Part shown: positions 1 through 9,730 of the stretch, in pieces
How the letters are laid out: each line of letters begins with the position of its first letter
How positions within the stretch are numbered: position 1 is the stretch's first letter
Assembly (NCBI GenBank): GCA_963752285.1
Contig: CAVVXN010000001.1
Span: 352,001 to 416,000 of the forward strand
DNA from: an uncultured Planctomycetota bacterium
GTDB lineage: Bacteria > Planctomycetota > PLA2 > JAEUHO01
DNA: 64,000 nucleotides
Direction of reading: 5' to 3'
Position numbers and translations under genes: made by a program
Notes under the pieces: model-generated
Database searches by the model: none
Told to the model about the DNA's origin: nothing
Seen by the model: only the letters and a program-made list of their open reading frames with translations

Positions 1-491
1 TAGGCGAGGTCGACGGTGCCGTCCAGGTCCCGCGGGCGGTCCTTCGCCTCGGCGACGGCCCGCCGGAAGACCGGCTCCGCCACGCGTTCGACCTCCGCGT
101 TCCGAAGAGGGCTGGTGGTCGGGTCGCCCGTGACCATCAAGCCCGCGAGGACGCGCAGGAGCTCGCGGTACGGCGCGAGGACCTCGAAGGCGAGGCGCGT
201 GAGCCAGAGCGTGCGGCTCGTCCACGACCCCCGTGGGAGGGCCGCGCTGCGCTCGGCCCAGGTGTCGAGGAGGTTCCCGTACAGCTCGAGGACGACCGCC
301 TCCTTCCCGTCGAAATAGCGGTAGAGGAGCGCCGGTGTGACACCGGCCTCCCCGGCGATCCTCCGGAGCGAGGCCTCGGCGTAGCCCCTTCGGCGGAACT
401 CGCGAACGGCGACGTCGAAGAGCCGGGCCCTCGTCCGCTCGCCCTTCGAGGGCTTCCTGGGCGGGCCGGCATCCGGGACCGCGGGCGTCAT
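1..491 (-). CDS. TetR/AcrR family transcriptional regulator (3' end runs off the window)
   Basis: Not in the ORF track; translated by hand from ATG at 491: MTPAVPDAGPPRKPSKGERTRARLFDVAVREFRRRGYAEASLREIAGEAGVTPALLYRYFDGKEAVVLELY, a typical TetR N-terminal HTH. Confidence 0.9.
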   Translation of the reverse strand, partial: MTPAVPDAGPPRKPSKGERTRARLFDVAVREFRRRGYAEASLRRIAGEAGVTPALLYRYFDGKEAVVLELYGNLLDTWAERSAALPRGSWTSRTLWLTRLAFEVLAPYRELLRVLAGLMVTGDPTTSPLRNAEVERVAEPVFRRAVAEAKDRPRDLDGTVDLA

Positions 492-499
492 CGCCCACT

Positions 500-528
500 A
501 AACGAAACGCGTTCACTTTTGCTGTCAA
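500..528 (-). promoter_or_regulatory. Candidate tetR promoter (-35 TTGACA) with an adjacent operator-like palindrome
   Basis: TTGACA on the minus strand at 528-523. Imperfect palindrome AAA-N3-AACGCGTT-N3-TTT at 500-519 in an AT-rich patch. No clear -10. Confidence 0.4.
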
Positions 529-837
529 GCGCCGTGCCCGGCCGCGTCCCTCGGGGAACCCGCGACGGCCGCCCGGCGGGTGCCGCGGCGGGGGCGCGGC
601 GGGGGCCACGACACCGAGGAAGAGGATCGAGGTCGCGATCGTGGGCCGTCGGCGGTTCGGCGTGGGGCTCCCGGGTGTCTCCGCGGGGCGTGGAAGGCGA
701 GGAGCCGGCCCTGCCGCCGCGGGGGAAAGGCGAGGGCGCTCCGCGGCGTCTTCGATTCCCCCTCGTTCGGATCTCCGCCCCGAACTCGGGGCTGTGGGAC
801 ACGTCCAAGGGTGCGCCGCCCGGCCGGAGGTCGAAGC

Positions 838-2160
838 ATGTCGATACGTTCTGCTCGATCGATCTGGGTCGTCCCCCTCCTCACGCTCGCCGTCCTCGGC
901 CCCCTCGAAGCCGGTGCGGGCGAGGCGCCCCCGGCCCCGGCCCTCCAGGCGACCACGCTCTTCGGCGGCGGCGGAGGTTCGCCCTTCGAGGCCCGGGGCC
1001 CCGGCGGCGCGCTCCTCGTCGGCGTCCGCACGACGACGATCGTCTGGGCGGGCCACGAGGTCGTCCGCTCGCTAGAGCCCGCGTTCCTCGTGGACGGGAA
1101 GCCCGCGTGGGGACCGGTCTTCGGCCAGCCGAACGGAGCGGTCCGGGAGACGCTCGCCAAGCCGGGCTACGCCGTGGGCGAGATGGTCGTCCGCGTGGGC
1201 CACCGCGTGGACGGCTTCCAGCTCGTCTTCTACCGGATCGAGGGAGACGACCTGATCCCGTACGACGGCTACGGGAGCCCGTGGATCGGCGGCGAGGGCG
1301 GCAGCCCGCGACGCTTCGTGGGCCTCGGCGGTGCGCGGCCGGTCGCCGGGATCTTCGGCCGGTCGGGGGCCGACCTGGACGCCATCGGTCTCCTCCAGCC
1401 TCCGCTCGGGAACGAGCCCGTGTGCCTCACGTTCTCGGGGAGCATCGACGGCTCGGAACGCATCGTGATCGGGGCGAAGGAAGCGCGGTGGCAGAACGTC
1501 TTCTGGGGCACCTCGAGATCGACCGTTTGGCTCGGCGGCGTCGCGTGGACGCCGAGCGAGAGCCCCGTCCTCCCGAACCGCGGGGCGACCGCCTACCTCC
1601 CCGCCGCGGTCGACTTCTCCACGGCGAAGCTGGTCGAGAAGCGCGGACGCGACACCGTCGTCGTCGAGCCGACGGCGAGCGACGTGACCGTGCGGATCGC
1701 CGACAGCCCCAACGGGTCGGGCCTCTACGAGTTCACGATCGCGTTCGAACGCGTCCACGCGTTCGCCCAGCTCTCCCTCCACGCGACGATCGACGGGAGC
1801 GACGAGATCACGATCACGGCAGAGAAGGCGACGTGGCACCACCTCCACTGGGGGGGGCCCGGACCCGAGGTCTTCCTGAACGACGTCGCGTGGGATCCCG
1901 CGCGCACGCCGGAGATCTCGAACGAGGGCCCGACGCGCTACCTGCCGCCGGACGTGGACTTCCGCCAGGCCCACGTCGTCGGGTGCCGGGGCCGGGACCT
2001 CGCGGCCGTGGAGCTGGCGGCCGACCACCTGACCATCCACTTCGTGGACACGCCGATCGGGAGCGACGTGTACGAGGTCGTGATCGCGTTCGGTCCCGTG
2101 CCCGGGGACACCGGATCCGTCCCGGGGGGCGGATCGGGCGGATCCCCCTCCGCCGAGTAG
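838..2160 (+). CDS. Secreted protein: jacalin-like (beta-prism) lectin domain plus two tandem ~105-aa beta-rich repeats
   Basis: GGAGG before ATG 838; signal peptide. Jacalin-like motifs FGGGGGSPF, VDGFQLVF, SPWIGGEGG, GIFGRSGADLDAIG. Internal repeat IDGS..I.I....A.W....WG...VAW.P...YLP..VDF...RGRD occurs twice. Confidence 0.7.
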   Translation: MSIRSARSIWVVPLLTLAVLGPLEAGAGEAPPAPALQATTLFGGGGGSPFEARGPGGALLVGVRTTTIVWAGHEVVRSLEPAFLVDGKPAWGPVFGQPNGAVRETLAKPGYAVGEMVVRVGHRVDGFQLVFYRIEGDDLIPYDGYGSPWIGGEGGSPRRFVGLGGARPVAGIFGRSGADLDAIGLLQPPLGNEPVCLTFSGSIDGSERIVIGAKEARWQNVFWGTSRSTVWLGGVAWTPSESPVLPNRGATAYLPAAVDFSTAKLVEKRGRDTVVVEPTASDVTVRIADSPNGSGLYEFTIAFERVHAFAQLSLHATIDGSDEITITAEKATWHHLHWGGPGPEVFLNDVAWDPARTPEISNEGPTRYLPPDVDFRQAHVVGCRGRDLAAVELAADHLTIHFVDTPIGSDVYEVVIAFGPVPGDTGSVPGGGSGGSPSAE

Positions 2161-2279
2161 CCCGCGTCGGGACCTCGGAGCGGCGAGCCGGGCGAGACCC
2201 GGGTCCCAGCGCGCCTTCGGCGTCCCGAACGACTCGTGACCCGCTTCGGCCGGCGCGGGATCTGGCAGGATGGAGGCTC

Positions 2280-3947
2280 GTGCACCCGGATGGACTCGAC
2301 CCCGAAGGGCTCCTCGACGAACGCGGCCGCGTGGTCGCCTTCGCGCGCTTCCTGCTCCGGGACCAGGACCAGGCGGACGACGTCGCCCAGGACGTGTTCG
2401 TCGCCGCGCTCGCCCACCTGTCGGGTGCGCCGGGTCGTCCACGCGCCTGGCTCTCGACCGTCACCCGGAACGCGGTCCGGAGGCTTTGGCGCGACGCGAC
2501 CCGACGCGAGCGTCGCGAGCGCCGCGCCGCCCGGGCCGAGGACCAGCCGTCCGTGCTCGACGCGGTCGAGCGGCGCGAGGTCCAGGAGCGCGTGCGCCGG
2601 GCCGTCGATCGGTTGCCCGACGCGCTCCGGCGCGCCGTGCTGCTCCGCTACAGCGAAGGCCTTTCCGTGGGCGAGGTCGCCGCGCGCCTCGAGATCCCGC
2701 ACGAGACCGCGCGATCGCGTCTTCGCCTCGCTCGCGCGCGCCTGCGGAGCGATCTGGCCTCGGTGGCCGGCGGCGTCGCACCGCTCCCCGCGATCGGGTC
2801 CCGCTGGTTCCCGCCGGAGCCCGCCGAGGTCCTCGGGTCGGGTGTCGGGAAGGGAACCGCCGTCGCCATGGCCGCCACGATCCCGAAGGCCGCGGTCTGG
2901 GTGGGGCTGCCCCTCCTCCTCGGCGCCTCGTTCTACGCGGGGAACCGGACGGCGCCGCGCGCGGCGACCCGGGCCGACGAGCCGGTCGCCGCTTCCTCGC
3001 CCGGGACTCGCTCGCCCGCGGCGCCGACCCTGGTGGGAAGCGCCGATCTCGAGACCGCGACGCGGGCGCGGGACCTCGCGCGCGCGACGGTCGCGGCCCA
3101 GGCGGAGCAGATCCGACGGCTCACCGCCGAGATCGAGCGACTACGGGGCGCGGCGGAAGCGGTCACCGCGCACGGATCGACCTCCGGCGAGACCCCGGAC
3201 GACGAGGTCCGACGCGCGACACGCGACCGGATCGTCGCCGGCCTGCGCGCGGCGCGGGGCAGTCCGGACCACGAGACCGCGATCCGGGATCTCGCCGAGT
3301 ACCTGGCCCGCTCCGCCGACGCCGACGACGCGGCGGGTCTTCGGTGGGGCGGGGATCTCCTCGACGGCGAGGCGCGACGGGCGCGGGTCACCGCCGCCGA
3401 GGCGGCGCTCCTCCAGGGCGTCTTCGAACGACGCGCACAGGGCGACGCCGCGCGCCCGGCCCTCGCGAAGGGGATCGGGGCGGGCTACGCGGGGGACCCG
3501 CGCCTGGAGACGTTCCTCGCGCGACTCGCGCCGACCGAAACACCGGTTCACGACGCCCTCCTCCGCGTCCTCGACCACGACCCCTCCGAGGTGTTCGCCT
3601 CGTACGTCGTCGGGCTCGTGCGCGACGCGGACGCCCGCGCGGTGCTATGGGCCGCCTTGGACGAGGACCGGATCACCGCCGTCGTGACGGCGCATCGCGG
3701 CGCCGAGCTGGCCCTCGCGATCGACGACCGCGTCCGCGACGGGTCGGCCGCGGCGCGGGAGCGGTCCGATCTCTATCGCGGGCTCACCCTCCTCGCGTTG
3801 CGAGACCCCGACGACGCGCTGCCGCGCCTCCGTGCGTTTGCGGCGACGGAGGCCGCCGCCGATCTCGCGGCGCGCCTGCGCGAGGCGGTGGGGAAGATCG
3901 AGTCGCACGAGGCCGACGCGAAGTCGCTCTCGCAACTCTTCCGGTGA
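2280..3947 (+). CDS. ECF sigma-70 factor with a TM segment and a long C-terminal helical extension
   Basis: GGAGG then GTG 2280. Region 2 (ADDVAQDVFVAAL..PRAWLSTVTRN) and region 4 (LPDALRRAVLLRYSEGLSVGEVAARLEIPHETARSRLRLAR). Hydrophobic AAVWVGLPLLLGASFYAG, then a coiled-coil/helical region. Confidence 0.88.
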   Translation: MHPDGLDPEGLLDERGRVVAFARFLLRDQDQADDVAQDVFVAALAHLSGAPGRPRAWLSTVTRNAVRRLWRDATRRERRERRAARAEDQPSVLDAVERREVQERVRRAVDRLPDALRRAVLLRYSEGLSVGEVAARLEIPHETARSRLRLARARLRSDLASVAGGVAPLPAIGSRWFPPEPAEVLGSGVGKGTAVAMAATIPKAAVWVGLPLLLGASFYAGNRTAPRAATRADEPVAASSPGTRSPAAPTLVGSADLETATRARDLARATVAAQAEQIRRLTAEIERLRGAAEAVTAHGSTSGETPDDEVRRATRDRIVAGLRAARGSPDHETAIRDLAEYLARSADADDAAGLRWGGDLLDGEARRARVTAAEAALLQGVFERRAQGDAARPALAKGIGAGYAGDPRLETFLARLAPTETPVHDALLRVLDHDPSEVFASYVVGLVRDADARAVLWAALDEDRITAVVTAHRGAELALAIDDRVRDGSAAARERSDLYRGLTLLALRDPDDALPRLRAFAATEAAADLAARLREAVGKIESHEADAKSLSQLFR

Positions 3948-3958
3948 GCCGCCGGGGA

Positions 3959-5050
3959 TCAGTCGCCGAGCGGCCGCTCCAGGACCTTCCACGTCGCGTC
4001 GTTCCTCGTGCCTTCGAGGGTGCCGCTCCCGCGGACCCAGAACGCCGGCGTCTGCATCCAGGTGAGCGACTGGACGCCGAAGCGGATCGTGTCCACCTGG
4101 ACGTCGGGGTCCACGTGCATCACGAAGAACTGCGCGCGGTTCAGCCCGAACGCCGACGCGGGGGCTCCCTTCCACGTGACGGCGCCGGAGCCGTCCACGG
4201 GGACCCACCCGACGCCCTCGGCGAAGAACTCGGCCCGCACGTGGAACTGCGAATCCTCCTCCTTCCCCGGGAGCGCCCAGCGGCCGACGAGCACGCGCGC
4301 GGGGATCTTCTCCGCGCGGAGCGCGCTCGCGAAGAGGACGCTCAGCCCGCCGCAGTCCGAGGCGCCCTCGCGACAGACGTCGGTCGCGTGGCGCGCAGGG
4401 AGGCGCGGAGGGTAGCGGTACGTGAACGCGTCGTGGATGCGCGCGAGGACACGGTACGCGAAGTCGAGGTCGCGTTCGCCCGGCCCGCGCAGGAGACCGT
4501 TGGACTTCCGCCACGCCTGGAACTCAGGTGCGTCGAAGTCGTAGCGGCCCGTCGCGGCGAGGGCGAGCGCCCGCTCGGTGTCGGAGAGCGTGGGGACCTC
4601 CGCCGGCGCGCCGGGCTCGAGGCGCACGGCGTAGAGAACCGCGTCGGCCTCGTAGAGGTAGGGGAGCGTCGAGACGCCCTTGTGCGTCCGCACGTGGAGG
4701 CGACGAAGGGGGCGGGCGAGGGGCGAAGCGTCCTTCACCTCCTCCGCCGCGACGGCGCGCGCGTCGGGAGCGCCTTCGCCCACCAGCCGGAACGACGACC
4801 GCTCGACCTTCTGCCACGCGTGGTCGGGCGGCACGGGCGCGACGAGGATCCACTCCTTCCCCCGGAGCTTCGGCGTGTCGATCGTCCCCTCGAGGCGGAG
4901 GTGGACGCGACGCTTCGGCACGACCGCCAGGTGGAACGGCCCCTCGAAGTGCCGGGGTGCGGCGGGTTCCGCGAGGCCCACGGACGCCGACGCGGAGACG
5001 GCGAGCGAGACGAGGAGGACCCACCGGACGGAGCGGAACGCGCGGCCCAC
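3959..5050 (-). CDS. Secreted transglutaminase-like domain protein
   Basis: Signal peptide; Cys-His-Asp triad motifs DCGGLSVLF, FHVRAEF, GWVPVD. Confidence 0.88.
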   Translation of the reverse strand: MGRAFRSVRWVLLVSLAVSASASVGLAEPAAPRHFEGPFHLAVVPKRRVHLRLEGTIDTPKLRGKEWILVAPVPPDHAWQKVERSSFRLVGEGAPDARAVAAEEVKDASPLARPLRRLHVRTHKGVSTLPYLYEADAVLYAVRLEPGAPAEVPTLSDTERALALAATGRYDFDAPEFQAWRKSNGLLRGPGERDLDFAYRVLARIHDAFTYRYPPRLPARHATDVCREGASDCGGLSVLFASALRAEKIPARVLVGRWALPGKEEDSQFHVRAEFFAEGVGWVPVDGSGAVTWKGAPASAFGLNRAQFFVMHVDPDVQVDTIRFGVQSLTWMQTPAFWVRGSGTLEGTRNDATWKVLERPLGD

Positions 5051-5063
5051 GACGTCCCCGCCC

Positions 5064-5669
5064 CTACCTCGGCGCGCCCGGCCAGAGCGGCGCGTGGTCC
5101 GCGTCGGGCGTCCGGTAGCCCGCGGGGTGGAGCGCGCCCGCCGCGCGGTAGACGACGAGGGCGAGGCCGACCGTGACGAGGAAGCTCCCGAGCGCGAGGC
5201 CCGCGAGCGTGAGCCCGTGGCGGCGGTCCCGGATGCCGTGCTTCCGGCACGCGATCAGGTAGAGGACGCCGTAGAACACCGCGAAGGGCGACGTCACGCC
5301 CAGGAGCGCGGCCCAGCGCGTGCGGGTGGCCAGGAACGACAGCTCCTCCTCGGCCGTCGGCTCGCCCTCGTCGGAGGCGCCGTCCTTTGCGTCGGCCTCG
5401 CGCGAGGCGTCCGCCCGCGCGCGCGCCCGCGCGCGGCGCAGCACCTCCTGGGCGGCCTCCACTTCGCCGGACGGGACCTGGAGCCGCGAGGAGAGCGGCG
5501 CGAACCCGGTGATGAAGGGATCCACGCTCTTGGTGGCGCGATCGGGGAGGAAGACCGGGAAGCCGGCCTGCTCGAGCATCCCGCCGAGCATCTCGACCTC
5601 CCACGGCGGCCCCACGTGGACCGTGATCCAGGAAGACGCTCGCTTCGGGTCGACCGCACGCTCGGGCAT
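5064..5669 (-). CDS. DUF2007-like (putative signal transducing) domain plus C-terminal TM helices
   Basis: EVEMLGGMLEQAGFPVFL...RLQVPSGEVEAAQEVL pattern; two hydrophobic segments at the C-terminus. Confidence 0.7.
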   Translation of the reverse strand: MPERAVDPKRASSWITVHVGPPWEVEMLGGMLEQAGFPVFLPDRATKSVDPFITGFAPLSSRLQVPSGEVEAAQEVLRRARARARADASREADAKDGASDEGEPTAEEELSFLATRTRWAALLGVTSPFAVFYGVLYLIACRKHGIRDRRHGLTLAGLALGSFLVTVGLALVVYRAAGALHPAGYRTPDADHAPLWPGAPR

Positions 5670-5819
5670 CCTGGCCCCCTGAGCCGTGCCCCGATCCTAC
5701 TCTTCCCGGACGCCCCTCCGGGTCGTTCCGGACCCATCTCGCGGGCCGAGGACGCTCGAAGGGCCCCGCGGCGGGCCGGAGCGTGCGTTCGAAGTAGGGT
5801 GTCTCGCTTCCGGTCGTCC

Positions 5820-8800
5820 GTGAACGGCAAGTCGTCCCTCCTCCTCGCGCTCCTCCTCGCGGCGCTCGCTCCGCGCGCCGCGGGCGCGCCCCCGCCCGAG
5901 GCCGCACCCGCGGACCTCGTGTCACGGACGAAGGCACGCCTCGAGGCGCTGCTCGACGATCCCGATCGTGGCGTCCGCTACGCCGCGGTCGTGGCGTTCG
6001 GGAAGGCGGGAGGGGACGCGCCGATCCTCGCGCGGCGCCTCGGGGACGACGCCTGGTGCGTACGGCGCGAGGCGGGATGGTGGCTTCGACGCGCGCACCC
6101 GGATGGCTTCGACGCGCTCCACGCAGGCGTCGCCTCGGAGGATCCTCGCGTCCGAGCCACGGCCGCGTGGGCGCTCTCGGGGTTCGGGGGCCGCGCGGTG
6201 CCCGATCTCGCCCGGGCCCTCGAGGATCCGGTGGAGCCGGTGCGCCGCGAGGCCCTCGCGTCGCTGCGCCGCATCGGGTCGCCGGCTGCGGCCGCGGTCC
6301 CCGGGGTTCGTGCGCGCGTCGGCCAGCCGGACGCGTCCCCGGCCGAGCGCTACGAGGCCGCGCTGACGCTGGTCGTGCTCGCGCCCGACGCGTGCGCGGA
6401 CGCCGTGCCCGTGCTCGAGCAGAACGCCGGCGGTTCGAACTCGTGGGAGTGCGTCGCCGCGCTCCTCCGCGCGGGCCCGCCGGGCGAGAAGGTGCTCCAG
6501 GACCGCGCCCGCGCTCTGGCCAGCCCGCTCGCCGTGCTTCGGGACGGCCGGGGCTACTTCGCGCTGGGACCCGACGATGGGAGGGCGGGTACGCCGCCCG
6601 GTCGCGCGGCGGAGGACCGGGAGGACCTCCCGCCGCTCCGCGATCCCGCCTCGCACGTCGCGAGAGCCGGCACGCCCCTGGCGCGCCTCGCCTCGCCGGA
6701 CGCGAGCACCCGCGCCCGCGCGGCGCTCGAGCTCGGCGACGCGGGGGCCTCCGCCTCGACCTTCGCGCCGCTCCTCGACGACCCGGAGCGCGACGTCCGG
6801 ATCGCGGCCGCGTTTGCCCTCGGCCGTGCCACGGACGACGTGGTCACGCCGTTGCTCGGAGCGCTCGGTGACGAGAACCCCCGCGTCCGCTGGACCGCCA
6901 TCGAGAGCCTGGCGGGGCACGGCGCGGCGGCGCCTCGCGTCGCACCGTTCCTCGCCGACGAGAACCTCGTCATCTCCCACGCGGCCTACGAGTCCCTCGC
7001 GCGCGACGGCGCGTCCGCCGCCGTACCCGTCGCGGCCGCGCTCGCCACGGGCTCGTACGCGGCCGTCGAGTGGGCGCCGCGCGTGTTCGCCGTCCTGGGC
7101 CCGGAGGGCGCGGCCGCGACGGAAGGGCTCGCCCATCTCCTCTCGGTTCCCGACGAGAACGTCCGCGAGGCGGCCGCGCGATGCCTCCTTCGCATCGGCG
7201 CTCCGGCCCGCGCCGCGGTGCCCGCGCTCGTCCGAGCGCTCGCCGACGAGAGCCTCCCCGTCGCCTCGTGGGCGTCGATCGCACTGGGACAGACCGGTCT
7301 CGCCGAGGCGACGTTCGAGGCGCTCGCCGACCCGCGAGCGCAGGTCCGGGCCTACGCGGCGTGGGCCGCGGGCTGGGCGCTCGGCGCCGCGCGCGGCGTC
7401 GACCAGGTCCCCTTCGAGGTCGTGCTCCCCGTGCTCTCGACGCCGCGCTCGTCGTCGGCGCCCTCGCGCGCGGAGGTGGAGGCCGCCCTCGCGGAGCTGG
7501 CGGCCCGTGGATCGGAAGACGCACCTCGGGACGCGTCCGCCGCGCTCGCCGGCCAGGAGGTCCTCCTCCGCGCGATCTGGTCCGCCGACGCGGCCGTCGC
7601 GGCACGCGCCGCGAACGCGCTCCCCTACACCGAGCTCGACGAGGCCGAGGCGGAGCGCGTCGTGCAGGTCCTCCTCCCGGAGGGCCAGCGCCAGGACGCG
7701 GGCGTGGACTTCGGGAGTCTCCGGAAGACGCTCGGGAGCGCCGAGCTGCCGTCGCTCCTCTCGTACGTGACGCGCGCGACGCGGACGACGCCGCCCCGGA
7801 TCGACATCTACTCGAACTGCCACCGGATCTCGCGGGCCGACACGCTGCCCGCGCTGTACTACTTCGGTCGCGTGGAGGAGCCGGAGGCGCTTCAGGGGTG
7901 GTCGGATCTCTGGATGCCGGACGCCCACTCCGACCGCCACGCGCGCGTGCGTGCGGCCGACGCGGTCGGCTTCGATCCCGGTCCCGACGAGGCGGACATC
8001 CTCCGCGCCCTGCTCCGCTTCGACCTCGCCGGAGACGGCCCGGTCCTGCTGGGCTCGCTCGAGATCTGGCTGCTGGATCGGTTCCGCCCCGAGCCCGAGG
8101 ACGCCTCGCTCCTCCTCGAGGTCGCGCGTCGCGTCGACGAGTCCGGCGACTGGCACGGCGGGCACGGCGCGTACCTCGCGACGCTCCGCGCGATGGGGTA
8201 CCTCGACGACGCCGAGACGAGGTCCTACCTGGAGGAGGTGGCGGGACGGGACCCGGGAACGGACGCCGGCGGCGGCGAGGAGTCCACCCGCGCGGCCTGG
8301 CGGAGCGAGGCGTGCGACCTGGCGCGCGCGAGCCTCGCGCGGCGCGGCGATCCAGAGGCCCTCGAGACGCTCGTCGCGGGAAGCGGGAAGGGCGTCCGAG
8401 ACCTCGTGCTCCTCCTGGAGGTGGCTCCGGACCGCGCGTACGAGGAGATCCGAAGGCGACTCGAAGACCCCGAGGCGGCGACCGCGTGTCTCGACGACCT
8501 CGGCTCCATCGAGGACGAAGCCGTGATGCTCGGCGCCCACGTCTCCGAGTCCGCCTGGCTCGGGCTCGAGCCTGCGCTCGCCCGGACGCCGCCCCCCGCA
8601 CGCGTCCTCGCGCGGGTCGTGGTCACGGTCCCGCTCGCCCGGACGCGACGCCTCGGCGGGATCCTGTTCTCCGAGCTCGAGACGGCGGGGCCGTCGGCCT
8701 TCTACGGGCCGCTGCCGGCCCCGAGTCCCACGGCCCCGGACGAAGGAGTGGAGGACGGGCTCCTCGACGCGCTCGAAGCCGATCACGCCGTGGCGTTCCT

Positions 8801-9682
8801 CGCGAGCGTCGAGGCGGATCGCCTCCGCGCGCTGCTCCGCACCTGGGCCGCCCACGCGCCGGACGCCGTCCGCGACTGGGCGCGGAACACCCTCCTCCGG
8901 CTCGGCGATCCCGCGCGCGCGGCCGACGTCCTCGCGTGGTGCGAGACGGGGCTCGTCGACGGTCGGACCGATGCGTCCTGGCAGGTCGGCTGGCTCGCGC
9001 GGAGTGACGCGCCGGTCGTGCGGGCGTGGCTCCGCGCCCGAGCGACCTCCTCGGCCGAGGCGAAACGGAGCGCGACGAGGCGCTCTCGACCCTCGCCGCC
9101 GCCGAGGGATGGAAGCGTACGCTGCCCCGGGACGGCGACCTGCCGCCCGGGTGGGCGGACGCCGTGCTCGCCGACCGCATGGACGACGCCCGCGCGACGT
9201 CCCTCGCCTGGCCCGGTTGGCCTCCGGGACAGCGCGGCGACTTCGGAGGCGCCGCCCGGTTCCTGCGCCTGGGAGACCGTGCGCGAGAGGGCGACGCGCG
9301 GGCTCGGGCCGCGTTCTGGTCGGCGATGCGGTGCGGGCGCTACCGCTGGATCCACTACGAGTTCGACCAGGACCTCCACACCCTCGGGCACGACCCGTCC
9401 ACGCTCCCGCACTGGGTGCTCGACCTCGACAGCAACTGCTGCCGCATCAGCGACGGTCTCTCGGATGCCGGCTTCGAGCGCCCCTACCTCGACCCGGTGC
9501 CGTGGGACCGGCCCGTCCCCTACGACGCCGACCACTACGGCGTCGGATGTCCTCCCTCGCGGCACGTCCTCCGCGTGTTCCGCCTCGCCGGGGGCGCCTG
9601 GGTGTGGAGCCCGGTCCTGGACGAGGCGGACGGGACGACGGGGAGCGCCGAGCGCCGGACGTTCGTGCCTCGTCCCGAGTGA
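5820..9682 (+). CDS. Large secreted HEAT-repeat protein with an apparent frameshift near 9060
   Basis: GTG 5820 and a signal peptide. Many HEAT repeats (LLDDPDRGVRYAAVVAFG, LEDPVEPVRREALASL, LGDENPRVRWTAIESL). Protein-like sequence moves from the 4680 frame to the 9026..9682 frame at about 9060. Confidence 0.75.
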
Positions 9683-9730
9683 CGCCCAGCCCGGTGCGTC
9701 GGCGAGCCGCCGTCGCTACCATGCCCGCCC

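Noticed and set aside
519..2279. N-terminal 590 aa of the 1142-aa ORF as part of the sigma factor
   Set aside because: Arg/Pro-rich shadow of the lectin gene; an SD and GTG at 2280 mark the real start.
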